Assembly: GCA_963821525.1 (NCBI GenBank)
Contig: CAWGED010000005.1
Location: 928,001 to 992,000, forward strand
Source of the DNA: an uncultured Gemmatimonadales bacterium
GTDB lineage: Bacteria > Gemmatimonadota > Gemmatimonadetes > Gemmatimonadales > GWC2-71-9
Length of the DNA stretch: 64,000 nucleotides
Direction: 5' to 3'
Shown here in pieces: positions 32,898-45,033 of this stretch (position 1 is the stretch's first letter; the number at the start of each line of letters is the position of its first letter). A program made the translations under genes and the position numbers. Below the pieces are notes generated by a model. That model saw only the letters and a list, made by a program, of their open reading frames with translations, did not search any database and was not told where the DNA came from.

Positions 32898-33264
32898 AGG
32901 GTTACGAGGAGTGGTGGTCTCTCACGGCGGGCTGGCTGCTGCCATGGTCCAGGCCGTCGAGCAGATCAGCGGCGTGACCGGGGTGCTGTTTCCGGTCTCC
33001 AACACCGGGTGCGATCCCGAGTCGATCGAGCGCAGGCTGTCTGAAGCGATCGGAGAAGGCCCGGCGGTGGTGTTCGTGGACCTGCCCAGCGGTTCCTGCT
33101 TCTTCGCGGCGATGCGGGCCCACAAGTCACAGACGGAGATTCCGGTGGTCACCGGCGTCAACCTGCCCATGCTGGTGGATTTCGTGTTCCATCGCGGCGC
33201 TACCGCCGAGGAAGCCGCGCGGCGCGCCGCTGCCAAGGGCGGCGAGGCGATCCGGACCCGCTGA
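32890..33264 (+). CDS. PTS mannose-family EIIA
   Basis: VVSHG phospho-His, DLPSGS, TGVNLPML. Confidence 0.9.
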   Translation: MSEGLRGVVVSHGGLAAAMVQAVEQISGVTGVLFPVSNTGCDPESIERRLSEAIGEGPAVVFVDLPSGSCFFAAMRAHKSQTEIPVVTGVNLPMLVDFVFHRGATAEEAARRAAAKGGEAIRTR

Positions 33265-33737
33265 TGTCCCTCATGCTGTATCGCATCGATGACCGGCTGA
33301 TCCATGGTCAGGTGGTCATAGGATGGGGCCGCCCGCTCGACGTGGGGTTCATCGCGCTGGTGGATGATCAGGTGGCCGCCAGCGACTGGGAGCAGGACCT
33401 CTACCGCATGGGAGTGCCACCCGAAGTCGAGGTGTTCTTCGCGAGTGTGATCGATGCGGCGCGTCTCGCCCCGGAATGGCGCAGCGATCCTCGACCCGGC
33501 ATCCTGCTCACGGCCGACATCGCGACGATGGTCGCTTTCCGGCAGAAGGCTCCGCCGGTGGAGGAGGTCAACCTGGGCGGACTGCATCACAAGCCGGGCC
33601 GAAGCCCGCGGCTCCCGTTTGTCTACCTCACCGACGATGAGTTCAAATCGCTGGAGGCGCTTCAGGCGTCCGGCACCCGGGTGACCGCGCAGGATCTGCC
33701 GACCGCCGCGGCCGTGCCGCTCGAGGCGCTCCGGTGA
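33264..33737 (+). CDS. PTS mannose-family EIIB
   Basis: RIDDRLIHGQV, VNLGG. Confidence 0.92.
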   Translation: MSLMLYRIDDRLIHGQVVIGWGRPLDVGFIALVDDQVAASDWEQDLYRMGVPPEVEVFFASVIDAARLAPEWRSDPRPGILLTADIATMVAFRQKAPPVEEVNLGGLHHKPGRSPRLPFVYLTDDEFKSLEALQASGTRVTAQDLPTAAAVPLEALR

Positions 33738-34413
33738 TCTCGCTGCACGGAGCGACCCTCGCGTTCCTGCTGGCCTGGGGCACGGCTGTCGGAGTGGATC
33801 TCGTGAGCTGGCCGCAGGCGATGATCTCGCGCCCGCTCATCGCCGGCGCGGTGACGGCAGCCTTGATGGGAGACCTGGAGGGAGGACTGCGGGTCGCGCT
33901 CGTCATGGAGCTGTTCGCGCTCGACGTACTGCCGGTCGGAGCCTCGCGCTATCCCGACTACGGACCGGCGACTGTCGGTGCGGTTGCACTTCGCCGCGGG
34001 TCAGCCGTGGCAGGCGGCACTGGGGCCCGCGGTGCTGGTGGGGCTGCTCGCCGCGGTGCTGGGCGGCTGGAGCCTGCAATGGATCCGGGAAGACAACGCT
34101 CGCTCGATCCAGCGCAACGCCGCCGGGCTCGCCGCGGGAGAGACCAGTGACCATCGCGCGGCTACAATACGCCGGTCTGGCGCGGGATGTGTTGCGCAGC
34201 TTCGGGCTCACCGCCGTTTCGCTGGCGGCGGCCGCCGCCGTGGGAGCGCGCATGCCGATGCTGCCGAGCCTTCGAATCGTTACCGCGGTTGCGATCGGCG
34301 CCGGACTCGCCGCGGCAGCGGGAGGCGCACTGCGTAGCGCAGGCCGCGGTGCCCGGATGAGATGGCTCGCCGCCGGCGCAGGACTTGGTCTCCTGATAAC
34401 GCTGGTCCGATGA
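33734..34413 (+). CDS. PTS mannose-family EIIC (frameshifted)
   Basis: QAMISRPL, EL..L..LPVGA..PD. Hydrophobic, spread over three frames. Confidence 0.85.
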
Positions 34414-35144
34414 CCGGGAAACTGCGCGCCTTCCTGAGGCTGCTCGCGGTCCAGGGAGCCTGGAGTTACGAGCGCATGCTCGGCGTCGGAGTGGGGTTCG
34501 CCGCGACACCGATCCTCGAGGATCTCAAGGCGGCGGATCCTTCCCGATACTCCGAGGCTGTGGTCCGCTCCGCGGAATACTTCAACAGCCATCCCTACAT
34601 CGCGGGGTTAGCGTTGGGAGCCAGCGTGCGGGCAGAGTACGAATTGGTGCCGGGACATCAGATCAGCCGGCTGCGTACCGCACTCTGCGGTCCGCTGGGC
34701 TCGCTGGGAGACCGGTTCTTCTGGGCCGGCGTGCTGCCGGCACTGATCGGCGTGGCCATTGTCGGGGTGGCACTAGGCCATCCTCTCCTGGCGACCGCCA
34801 CGTTTCTGCTGGTCTACAACGGCATTCGCCTCGTGACCAGCGCATGGGCACTCCGGACCGGCCTCGCCTCCGGCATCAGAGTTGGGACGGCGATCGGCGC
34901 GTCGTGGTTGCCGGCCGCGGCAGACCGCGCTGGCCTCGCAGCCGGGGGTGCCATCGGAATGGCGCTCGCGGTCGCCGGGGGGTGGCTGCTGGAACCGATG
35001 CCGCTTCCCGAGGTTCTGCTTGCGCTCGGGGTAATGCTCTTCGGACTGCTGGGCGCCTGGCGGTTTGGATCCCGGTTACCGGCGGTCCGCTTTGCGTTGC
35101 TGACGTTGAGTCTCGCGGCAATCTGGGCCTGGAGGGTAGGTTGA
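34410..35144 (+). CDS. PTS mannose-family EIID
   Basis: QGAWSYERM, YFNSHPY, GPLGSLGDRFFW. Confidence 0.9.
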   Translation: MTGKLRAFLRLLAVQGAWSYERMLGVGVGFAATPILEDLKAADPSRYSEAVVRSAEYFNSHPYIAGLALGASVRAEYELVPGHQISRLRTALCGPLGSLGDRFFWAGVLPALIGVAIVGVALGHPLLATATFLLVYNGIRLVTSAWALRTGLASGIRVGTAIGASWLPAAADRAGLAAGGAIGMALAVAGGWLLEPMPLPEVLLALGVMLFGLLGAWRFGSRLPAVRFALLTLSLAAIWAWRVG

Positions 35145-35407
35145 CGACTCGCGATGCGACCGTGGTCAATCCACTGGGATTGCATGCCCGCCCCGCGGCG
35201 GCGCTGGTGAAGCTCGCCAGTACCTTCCAGTCGCATATCGAAGTCGCCCGAGACGACGTCTCGGTGAACGGCAAGAGCATCATGGGTGTCATGATGCTCG
35301 CGGCTGAGTGCGGCAGCGTCCTCACCTTCAAGGCCGACGGGCCGGATGAAGAGAAGGCGGTGGAAGCGCTCGCCGCCCTGGTAGCGACCGGATTTGGTGA
35401 ACAGTGA
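35141..35407 (+). CDS. ptsH: Phosphocarrier HPr
   Basis: NPLGLHARPAA (His15) and GKSIMG (Ser46). TTG start. Confidence 0.95.
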   Translation: MTTRDATVVNPLGLHARPAAALVKLASTFQSHIEVARDDVSVNGKSIMGVMMLAAECGSVLTFKADGPDEEKAVEALAALVATGFGEQ

Positions 35408-37165
35408 CCGAAGAGAGCCGCACCCTGCAGGGAATCGGGGTCTCGCCCGGAGTCGCCTTCGGGCCGGCTCTCATCGTGCGGCTCGATGTGCCGGATGTGC
35501 CCAACCGCGGTATCACTCCCGACCAGGCCGACGCCGAAGTCGCCCGGCTGCACGAAGCGGTGGCCGCCGTGGTGGAAACCCTGAGCTCCCTGCGCGACCG
35601 GGTCCTGCAGCGTGCCGGCCGGGAAGAGTCGCACATCTTCGATGCCCAGATCCTGATGGTACAGGACGCGGAGGTGCTGGATGATGTCGAGCGGTTGATC
35701 CGGCAGAACCAGCTCAGCGCGGAAACGGCCTACGAATTCAAGGCCCTGGAGACTCGAGCGCTGTGGGTCAATTCCGGGGAAGCGATGCTGCGGGATCGTC
35801 TCGCCGATCTCGCGGCAATTCAGATCCGGGTGCTGCAGCGACTGCTGGGGAAGCAGGCGGACGACATGCTCCAGTTACCCGCCGGTGAACAAGTCATCGT
35901 GGTGGCGCGGGAGCTGGCTCCCGGGCCTTACGGTGCAGCTGGACCGCGACCACGTCCTGGCGCTGGTGAGTGAGGAAGGCACCCGGACCTCTCACGCGGC
36001 CATCCTCGCACACTCACTGGGCCTTCCCGCCGTCATGGGCGCCGCTGGTGCGCTGGACCTGATCGAGAGCGGCACCACGCTCCTTCTGGACGGACAGAGC
36101 GGCACGATCCTGATCGATCCAACCCGCTCCGAGCTGGAGCAGGCCCGGGCCCAGCTTTCGCGGCGGCAGAAGCTGCAGTTCGAGCTCGACGCCGCGGTGT
36201 CCCAGCCCGCGATCACGCCGGACGGCGTTGCGCTGATCCTCATGGGCAACGTGGATTTGCCGGATGAGATCATCGCCGCGGCACGCAACGACGCGCAGGG
36301 TGTTGGCCTGCTCCGCACCGAGTTCCTGATTACCGGGCGCACCTCGCTCCCTACCGAAGACGAGCAGACCGACTACTTCCTCCGGGTGAGCGATTCCTTC
36401 CCGGGGCTCCCCGTAGTGATCCGGAGCTTCGACCTGGGTGGCGACAAGTTCCCGGCCGCCTTCCGCGCTCCCCCGGAAGCCAATCCCTTCCTCGGCTGGC
36501 GCTCCATCCGGGTCTGCCTCGATCACCCGGAAATCTTCCGCCCACAACTGCGGGCCGTGCTGCGAGCCGCCGCGACCCGCAAGCTGCAGCTCATGCTGCC
36601 GCTGGTGACCCGGCTGGAGGAACTGCTCGAGAGCAAGGACATGATGCTCGAGGAGGCGCTGGCTCTCGCCCGCTCCGGGGTGCGGGCGGCTGCCTCGGTT
36701 CCGATCGGTGTGATGATCGAGACACCGGCGGCCGTACTCATAGCCGATCAGCTCGCCGCCCACAGCGCCTTCTTCAGTGTCGGCAGCAACGACCTGGTCC
36801 AGTACACCCTGGCGGTGGACCGGGGGAACGCCCGGCTCGCCGAGCGCTTCACGCCGCACCATCCGGCGATTCTGCGGCAGCTCAAGATGATTCTCGACGC
36901 GGGCCGGGAGCACGACATCACGGTCAGTGTCTGCGGCGAGATGGCGTCCGACCCACTCTCCGCCGTCCTGCTGATGGGTCTGGGCTATCGGATCCTCAGC
37001 GTGGCGCCGCCTTCGCTTCCACTGCTCAAGTGGGTCGTGCGGACGGTACCGGTCAACGTCGCCGAGGAGGCGGCCAGGACCGCACTCCTGGCCGACAGGC
37101 CGGCTGCGATCACGGCAGCCCTGCGGGATGCGGTCAAGGATTACATCGATGTACGGTTGCTCTAG
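35404..37165 (+). CDS. ptsI: PEP-protein phosphotransferase, enzyme I (frameshift near 35925)
   Basis: TSHAAIL, GVGLLRTEF, EANPFLGWR, MIETP, GSNDL.QY, VCGEMA. Confidence 0.95.
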
Positions 37166-37176
37166 TCCCGCGCATG

Positions 37177-37205
37177 TTGCCGCGAGTGGACCGAAAGACT
37201 AGCTT
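37177..37205 (+). promoter_or_regulatory. Putative sigma70 promoter of metK
   Basis: TTGCCG-N17-TAGCTT. Confidence 0.5.
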
Positions 37206-37259
37206 GCCGTTCTGACGACCGAGCTCTACCAGGACTCTCAAAGCGAGGAGCTTTTCCGC

Positions 37260-38468
<1,209 letters not shown>

Positions 38469-38474
38469 CAAACG

Positions 38475-38966
38475 ATGATTGAAGTCACCGTCGCGCACCT
38501 CGGCCTGGACCGCACCACCAATACTCCGGTGGTCATCCTGAGGGAAAAGGACGGCGAGCGGGTGTTACCGATCTGGATCGGGCCTGCCGAGGCCAGCGCC
38601 ATCGCGATGGAGCTGCAGGGACTCAAGCCTCCCCGGCCGATGACCCACGACCTGCTGAAGCAGATCATCGTCGGTCTCGGCGCCGGGGTGGGCAAGGTGG
38701 TCATCAGCTCCCTCAAGGACAAGACCTACTTCGCAGAGCTGCTGCTGGTGCGGGACGGCCAGATCTACCAGGTGGACGCGAGGCCGTCGGACAGCATCGC
38801 GCTCGCCTTGCGGCTCAATGCACCCATCTTCACCGATGCCTCGCTGCTGGAGCAGGGCAGCGTCGAATCGTCCGACCAGCCACCCGATCCGGGCCTCGAT
38901 GCCGAACGGTTGCGCGCCTACCTCGAGAAGATGGATCCCCAGGATTTCGGCAAGTTCAATCCGTAA
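38475..38966 (+). CDS. Bifunctional nuclease (DUF151) family
   Basis: LPIWIG.AEA, RPMTHDL, DARPSDSIALA. Confidence 0.92.
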   Translation: MIEVTVAHLGLDRTTNTPVVILREKDGERVLPIWIGPAEASAIAMELQGLKPPRPMTHDLLKQIIVGLGAGVGKVVISSLKDKTYFAELLLVRDGQIYQVDARPSDSIALALRLNAPIFTDASLLEQGSVESSDQPPDPGLDAERLRAYLEKMDPQDFGKFNP

Positions 38967-38967
38967 G

Positions 38968-40070
38968 CTGCCGCTGGTCTGCAGTCTCATCCTGGCACCG
39001 GCTGGGCTCGCGGCCCAGGCGAACGCTCGCGCCGGCGGGCGGGTGATCCAGGTTCGCGGCTCGGACTCGATTCCCGCGCCGCGGACCAATGTCGTGCTGC
39101 ATCGGATCGGCCGGGACGTGCAGGGGCCGATCGATTCCACGCTGACCGACTCCCGCGGTGCCTTTCATTTCCGCTTCTCGGCCGATACCTCGGCCATCTT
39201 CCTGGTGAGTGCCCGGTTCGCGGGCATCGAATACTTCTCTCCCCCGGTACACACCGATCCGGCGTTGCCCGACACGGCAATGGTCCTGATCGTCTCCGAC
39301 ACCTCCTCCTCGGTCCCCGTGGCAACGGGGTCGCGCCATATCGTAGTGAGCCGGCCAGGCCAGTCAGGCGGCCGGGCGGTGCTGGACATAGTCGTGCTGG
39401 AGAATCGGCACCGATCGGACCCGGGTGGCTGGGGACTCGCTCGCGTCGTCATGGAGTGCGCCGACGCCGAAGGGTGCGGTAGGATTTCAGCCGGGGAACG
39501 GAGACTTCTCACCCGAGGCGATGCGGTTTTCTCACGACAGCGTCGACGCTCGACGCGCCGATCGCGCCGGGTGAAAAGCGGGTGATCTTCTCGTACTTAC
39601 TGCCGACCGGGGAGAACCGGGTCAGCTTTCCGATCTCGGATTCCATCGAAGTCCTGAATCTGCTGGTCGAGGAATCGACAGCGGACATGCACGGCGTGCT
39701 GACCCCCGCCGACACCGAACGGATCGAGGGCCGTGTTTTCAGGCGCTGGACCGGATCGGTCATACCCGGGTCGAAGGTCGAGCTGGTGTTCGCCTCAAAC
39801 CAGGCGCAATGGCTGCTGCCGGTATTGGTGGGGTTCGTGGGGACCGCGTTCCTCGTCGGATTCCTCATTCTCAGGCGGAGAAGCGCTCCGATTCCTGTCC
39901 GCGTCGCTCTCACCGATCCATTGGTTGATTCGCTGGCCAGGCTGGATGCGCGTTATGCGGGACGCGAAAACGACGTCCCGGCCGAGGAGTGGGCGACTTA
40001 CGTTGCGGAACGAGCCCGGCTCAAACGCGAGTTGGAAGCCCATCTTGCGGGCGGTGGGGGATCGACCTAA
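38968..40070 (+). CDS. Hypothetical exported protein with Ig-like domain and C-terminal TM (start approximate, frameshifted)
   Basis: Signal-like LVCSLILAPAGLAAQ, TDSRG.F.F, TM WLLPVLVGFVGTAFLVGFLIL. Confidence 0.6.
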
Positions 40071-40094
40071 GATTGCCCGTCCAACAATTGCTCA

Positions 40095-40235
40095 CCCTGC
40101 GAGCGCAGATGCTCGGAAGCCGGTGTAAATCCGGCGCGGCCCCGCCACTGTAACGGGCACGACTTTCCTCACTCAGATGCCACTGGGATTTTCCCGGGAA
40201 GGCGAGTGAGGGCCCGAAGCCAGGAGACCTCTGTG
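40095..40235 (+). promoter_or_regulatory. Cobalamin riboswitch
   Basis: GGAA.CCGGTG.AAATCCGG, CCCGCCACTGT, GCCACTGGG..GGGAAGGC and B12-box AGCCAGGAGACC, upstream of btuF. Confidence 0.95.
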
Positions 40236-40323
40236 TTCGTGCCACCCGTAACACCCTCGGGGGAGGGAACGGTGGCGCGACGACCCGATTTTCGGAACGT
40301 CCGCCCATGTCTTCCTCTGAGAC

Positions 40324-41232
40324 ATGGGCGAATTTTTTATGCACCTCTGGCGACGAGTCAGCATCCTGCGATCCACGGCCTTCGCGGCCGCGGTGCTCGT
40401 CGCCTGCGCTTCTCCCCAGGCCTCAGCGGGACGCATCCACGTTGTAGATGACGCGGGCGACACCGTGCGCCTCGCGGAGCCGGCGCGCCGCATCGTCTCG
40501 CTGATCCCCGCCACAACCGAGCTGCTCTTCGCCATCGGCGCGGGTCCCAACCTCGTCGGGCGCACCGCCTGGTGCGACTATCCCCCCGCGGCGGCCCAGG
40601 TCCCCAATCTGGGAGACGGGATCCGCCCCAACCTGGAAGCCATCGTCGCCCAGCACCCTGATCTGGTCGTCCTCTATCGCTCGGCGCAGAACACCGAAGC
40701 GGCGTCGGGATTGCGCGCTCTGAAGATCCCGGTGATCCAGATGAGTGTCGATCGCCTCGCCGATGTGGACCGGGTCTCCGCCGTGCTGGGGCGGCTCACC
40801 GGACGGGTCTTCTCCGCCGACTCTCTCGCCACTGCCTTCGATTCCGCGCTGGCACGGGCAACGGTCAGCGCCGATTCTGCCTCACGACCGAAGGTGTTGA
40901 TCCTGGTCTGGGACCAGCCGCCGATGACGGTTGGGGCCGGAAGTTTTCTTACCGAGTTGGTGGAACGGGCGGGTGGTCGCAATCTCTTCGCCGACGTTCA
41001 GGCGTCATCGGCCCAGGTCAGCGTGGAAGCAGTGGTCAAGCGAGATCCCGACCTGGTGTTTGTCACCACGGAAGGGACTCCTGCCTTTGCGGAGCGGCCC
41101 GAGTGGCAGACGGTCCGCGCCATCCGGGAAAAGCGATTCCTTCGGGTGACCAATTCGTCGTACAACCGGCCGAGCCCTCGCGCGCCCGAAGCAATCACTC
41201 AGCTCTCCTCACTCCTTCATCGCGGCCCATGA
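40324..41232 (+). CDS. btuF: Cobalamin ABC transporter substrate-binding protein (alternative start 40339)
   Basis: RRIVSLIPATTELLFAIGAG..VGRT..CDYP, PNLE.I, RPSPR. Downstream of the B12 riboswitch. Confidence 0.88.
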   Translation: MGEFFMHLWRRVSILRSTAFAAAVLVACASPQASAGRIHVVDDAGDTVRLAEPARRIVSLIPATTELLFAIGAGPNLVGRTAWCDYPPAAAQVPNLGDGIRPNLEAIVAQHPDLVVLYRSAQNTEAASGLRALKIPVIQMSVDRLADVDRVSAVLGRLTGRVFSADSLATAFDSALARATVSADSASRPKVLILVWDQPPMTVGAGSFLTELVERAGGRNLFADVQASSAQVSVEAVVKRDPDLVFVTTEGTPAFAERPEWQTVRAIREKRFLRVTNSSYNRPSPRAPEAITQLSSLLHRGP

Positions 41233-42200
41233 GTTCCCGCGCATTCTGGCTCGGTGGAGGAGTCCTGGCCGCCTTCGCTGTCGGCATCCTGACAGGGGCG
41301 GTGTCGATCAGACCGGCCGAGGTATGGGAGGGCTTGGTGAATCCCGCCTCTCCCTCTGCTTCCATCGTGCGCGAACTGCGCCTACCCCGGGTACTGCTCG
41401 CGTTCGCCGTGGGAGGAAGTCTTGGTGTCTGCGGCGGCGCCTTGCAGGCGATGATCAGGAATCCGCTCGCCGATCCATATCTGCTGGGCCTCTCCGGCGG
41501 ATCGGGACTCGGCGCCGTGATCGCGATCTCGCTGGGCGGCGGAGGCCGGCTCAGTGTCCCGCTCGCCGCGTTCGCTGGAGCGATGCTTGCCATCGCCCTC
41601 GTCTACCGCCTGAGCCTGGTCGAGGGCCGGCGAATGGATGTGAGGGTGCTGCTTCTCGCGGGCGTCGTAGTCGGAGCCTTCGCGGTGGCGGTGATGAGTG
41701 CCGTGATCGCGTTGTCCGACTCCAGCCAGCTGCGCAACGCCTTCCTCTGGTTGCTGGGCGGGTTCGGCGGCGCCTCGTGGCAAGGCCTCGGCACCTTCGC
41801 GCTCTACGCGACGATTCCCCTGGCGCTCCTGTTCGCCAATGCGCGAGCGCTGGATCTCCTGGCGCTCGGCGAAGACTCGGCCCAGCACCTCGGGGTCGAG
41901 CTGGAGCGCACCAAGCGCGTGGTTTATCTGTCGACAGGCCTCCTCACCGCAGTTGGTGTTGCCACCTGCGGAATCATTGGATTCGTCGGTCTCGTCGTCC
42001 CGCACGCCGTGCGCCGGCTCTGGGGACCGCTGCATCGCACGCTTCTCCCGATCACGTTTTTCGTCGGCGGCGCGTTTCTGGTACTGGCCGACGCGCTGGC
42101 TCGCACGGTCGTCCGCCCTCTCGAGTTGCCGGTCGGGGTGGTGACGGCGCTCGTGGGTGTCCCGCTCTTCGCGCTGCTGCTTCGCCGGACCCTCGCATGA
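41229..42200 (+). CDS. btuC: FecCD/BtuC family permease
   Basis: LRLPR, RNPLADPYLLG, GIIGFVGLVVPH, ELPVGVVT. Confidence 0.9.
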   Translation: MSSRAFWLGGGVLAAFAVGILTGAVSIRPAEVWEGLVNPASPSASIVRELRLPRVLLAFAVGGSLGVCGGALQAMIRNPLADPYLLGLSGGSGLGAVIAISLGGGGRLSVPLAAFAGAMLAIALVYRLSLVEGRRMDVRVLLLAGVVVGAFAVAVMSAVIALSDSSQLRNAFLWLLGGFGGASWQGLGTFALYATIPLALLFANARALDLLALGEDSAQHLGVELERTKRVVYLSTGLLTAVGVATCGIIGFVGLVVPHAVRRLWGPLHRTLLPITFFVGGAFLVLADALARTVVRPLELPVGVVTALVGVPLFALLLRRTLA

Positions 42201-42989
42201 TCATCGCCGCCGACCACCTCACCGTGCGCTATCCGGCAGCGCCGCGGCGTGCTCTCGATGGGGTGAGTCTCACCCTCGCCAAGGGCGAGCTGGTTGCGGT
42301 GGTAGGACCCAATGGAAGCGGCAAGACCACGTTGCTCCAGGCATTGCTCGGCGTAGTGCCTCACGAGTCCGGCACGGTAAGCGATCAACGGGAGACCAAT
42401 CGGCGAGTGGCGCAGGCCGGAATTGGCTCGGGTGATCGGTGTGGTGACTCAGCGGGAGGAGCCGGCCTTTTCGCTCAGGGTGCGAGAGTCGGTTTTCCTG
42501 GGCCGCTATCCCCATCTCGGTCCGATCGCGCCTCCGCGTCCTCAGGACTGGGCCGCGGTGGAGCGCGCGCTGCAGCGCGCCGACGTGCTTCGTCTCGCCG
42601 ATCGGCGGATCGACACGCTCTCGGGCGGGGAATGGCAGCGTACCCGGGTCGCCCGTGCGCTGGCCCAGGAGCCCGAGGCCCTGGTGCTGGATGAGCCGAC
42701 TGCAGCACTCGATGTCCGCCATGAGATGGAAGTCTTCGAGCTGATCCGGGAGCTGGTGGGAACTGGTCTGGGGGCGATCGTCGTCACCCATCATTTGAAT
42801 CTCGCCGCCCGCTACGCCGATCGGATGCTGCTGCTCGAGGAGGGGAGGGTTGCTGCCGAGGGTCGGCCGGATGCGGTGTTGACCGAGGCCGTCGTTGCCC
42901 GGGTGTTCGACTGGCCGGTCGCGGTGATTCCGTGGAGCGATGGATCACCTCAAGTGGTGCCGCTCCGGCCGGCGGAGAAACGCCGATGA
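42197..42989 (+). CDS. btuD: ABC ATPase, BtuD/FepC type (frameshift near 42385)
   Basis: GPNGSGKTT, LSGGEWQR, LDEPT, HHLNLA. Confidence 0.88.
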
Positions 42990-45033
42990 AGCGCCTCGCG
43001 ATGGTCGGCATGCTTGCGCTCTTGTCTCGAGTGCTGCTCGCTCAGGCGCCCTCGGAGGTGCGGGGCCGGGTGCTGGATGCCGAGTCGGGTGACCCGCTCT
43101 CCGGTGCCGATGTGTCGATCGGTGGGTTCCTCGTCACCACAGGGCGGGACGGGACCTTCCTGTTCGGTTCGCTGGATGCCGGTCGCTATGAATTGCGAGT
43201 GAGACGAGTCGGGTACGCGCCGAACATGCGAGGCATCGAGGTGCTGCCCGGGCAGTCGCAACAAGATCGAAATCCGTCTGGTGGCGCAGCCGGTCGAGTT
43301 GGACACCATCACCGTCATGGCCGCGAAAGCTGCCGGTCTCACCGCCAGCGGTGAGTTCCTGCGCCACCGGGGCAGCAACCTGGGCCAGGCGCTCGACGGA
43401 TGGGAGGGCATTGCGATCCGCCGCGGCGCGGGCGGTGCGGCCGAGCCTCAGGTGCGCGGGGGAGCACCCGACGAAGTACTGGTCCTGCTCGATGGATTCC
43501 CGGTGAACGATCCATTTACCGGTCGTGCCGACTTGAGCCGGATTCCCACCGCTGGAGTGGAGCGCGTGACGCTGGTGCCCGGCGCCCAGGGCCCCAGAGA
43601 AGGGAATCGGGCGATTTCGGGTGTCATCAATGTGGAGACCAAGCGGCACTTCGCTCCCCAGGTCTCCGGCAGCGTCTCCTCGTACAGCGCGGCAAATCTC
43701 TCCGGCGCGGGCAGTGCCGGCCCGGCGACGCTTATTCGTGGCGCATGAGTGGCTCCCCGATGGATACGCCTACGATGTGCCGCCGGTGCGAGGGTCGGGA
43801 GAAGCGGACCGGCAGAACGCGGGCGGCGGCATCTGGAGCTTCAACGGCAGGTTGTCTCTCGGAGCGGATTTCACGCTCCGTGGCACCGCGTCGGATCGAG
43901 GCCTCCCGGGTCCGGTCACCAACCCGACGCCAACGGCTCAAGCCGTTGATCGTTCCGTCCTGTTGGGATTCCGAACGACCAAGGCCATCGAGCTCCGCGG
44001 CTCATTCCAGTGGTTATCCAGCAGCTATCGTGACGCTTCGCCTCCGGTCGGCGCTCCCTATGATGCCTCGACCAGTGGAATCGGAGTCTCGGCTGGTTTG
44101 GGAACCAGCTGGCAGGTGAAGCTGGCGGGGCTCTCGGGCGACGTGGGCACCAGGATCGAAGGACGCCATGATCGGTTCTCCGGCGACCGGATCGCCGACG
44201 ACGCCCGGTTCACCTCGGGCGCGATTCGCCTCGATGCCCGACTGCGCCCTCGGGGAGCGGAGTCATTCAGCATCTCGCCGGTCGTCCGTATGGACATGTG
44301 GACGGATCTATCGTCTCCGGTCGTCTCCGCGCGCGCCGATCTCGCCTGGCAGCATGCGGGAACGGAAATCACCGCGGGTTTCGGCAACGGCGTCACGGTC
44401 CCGGTGCTCGCGGATCTCTTCTTCCGGGAAGGGAATGGGGTCCGGCTCAATCCCGACCTCCGGCCGGAGCGGGTGCGCTGGGAAATCGAAGGCGGCGTTC
44501 GTCAGGAGCTGGGAATCCTCGCCGGTGCCTCGTTATCGGTACGGGGCTTCAAGGGCGAGGTGGGCGACATGGTCCTCTGGGGCCTGAGCCCGGCCTACGG
44601 CTTCGTGTGGACCCCTCGCAACTTCGACGTGCGGCGTGAGGGAGGCGAGTTCAGTCTATCCGTGCGGCCATTCCACCAACTTGCGATCACGGGTTCCGGT
44701 ACCATTGCCTCGGTGACTCGCGATGTGCCGAACGGGTCACAGGTGCTCTATCGCCCGCTGGGCACCGCCGAGGCTGGAGTTCTCTGGCAACCGGGGCCTT
44801 GGTCGTTCGATGCTCGCTGGCATTACATCGGGATCCGCTATCCCAACAGCTCCGGCATCAATCCGCTCCCAGCGTTCGGCCTCCTCGACGCCGCGATCGA
44901 GCGCCGCATCACCCAGTTCCTTCTCTTGCGTGGCGAAGTCCACGATATCACGGATCGCCGCGCGGAATTCATCGCCGGGTTTCCCAGCCCCGGCCGCAGC
45001 TTCACCCTCTCGCTCACAGCAGGAACGCCATGA
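42986..45033 (+). CDS. TonB-dependent receptor, BtuB-like, with N-terminal carboxypeptidase-regulatory-like domain (frameshifts)
   Basis: VRG....VLVLLDG.P plug, AISGVIN, NPDLRPE, C-terminal PGRSF. Confidence 0.88.

Noticed and set aside
37166..37259. SAM riboswitch before metK
   Set aside because: The leader after the putative promoter is only ~50 nt and has no recognisable SAM-I/II/SAH core.
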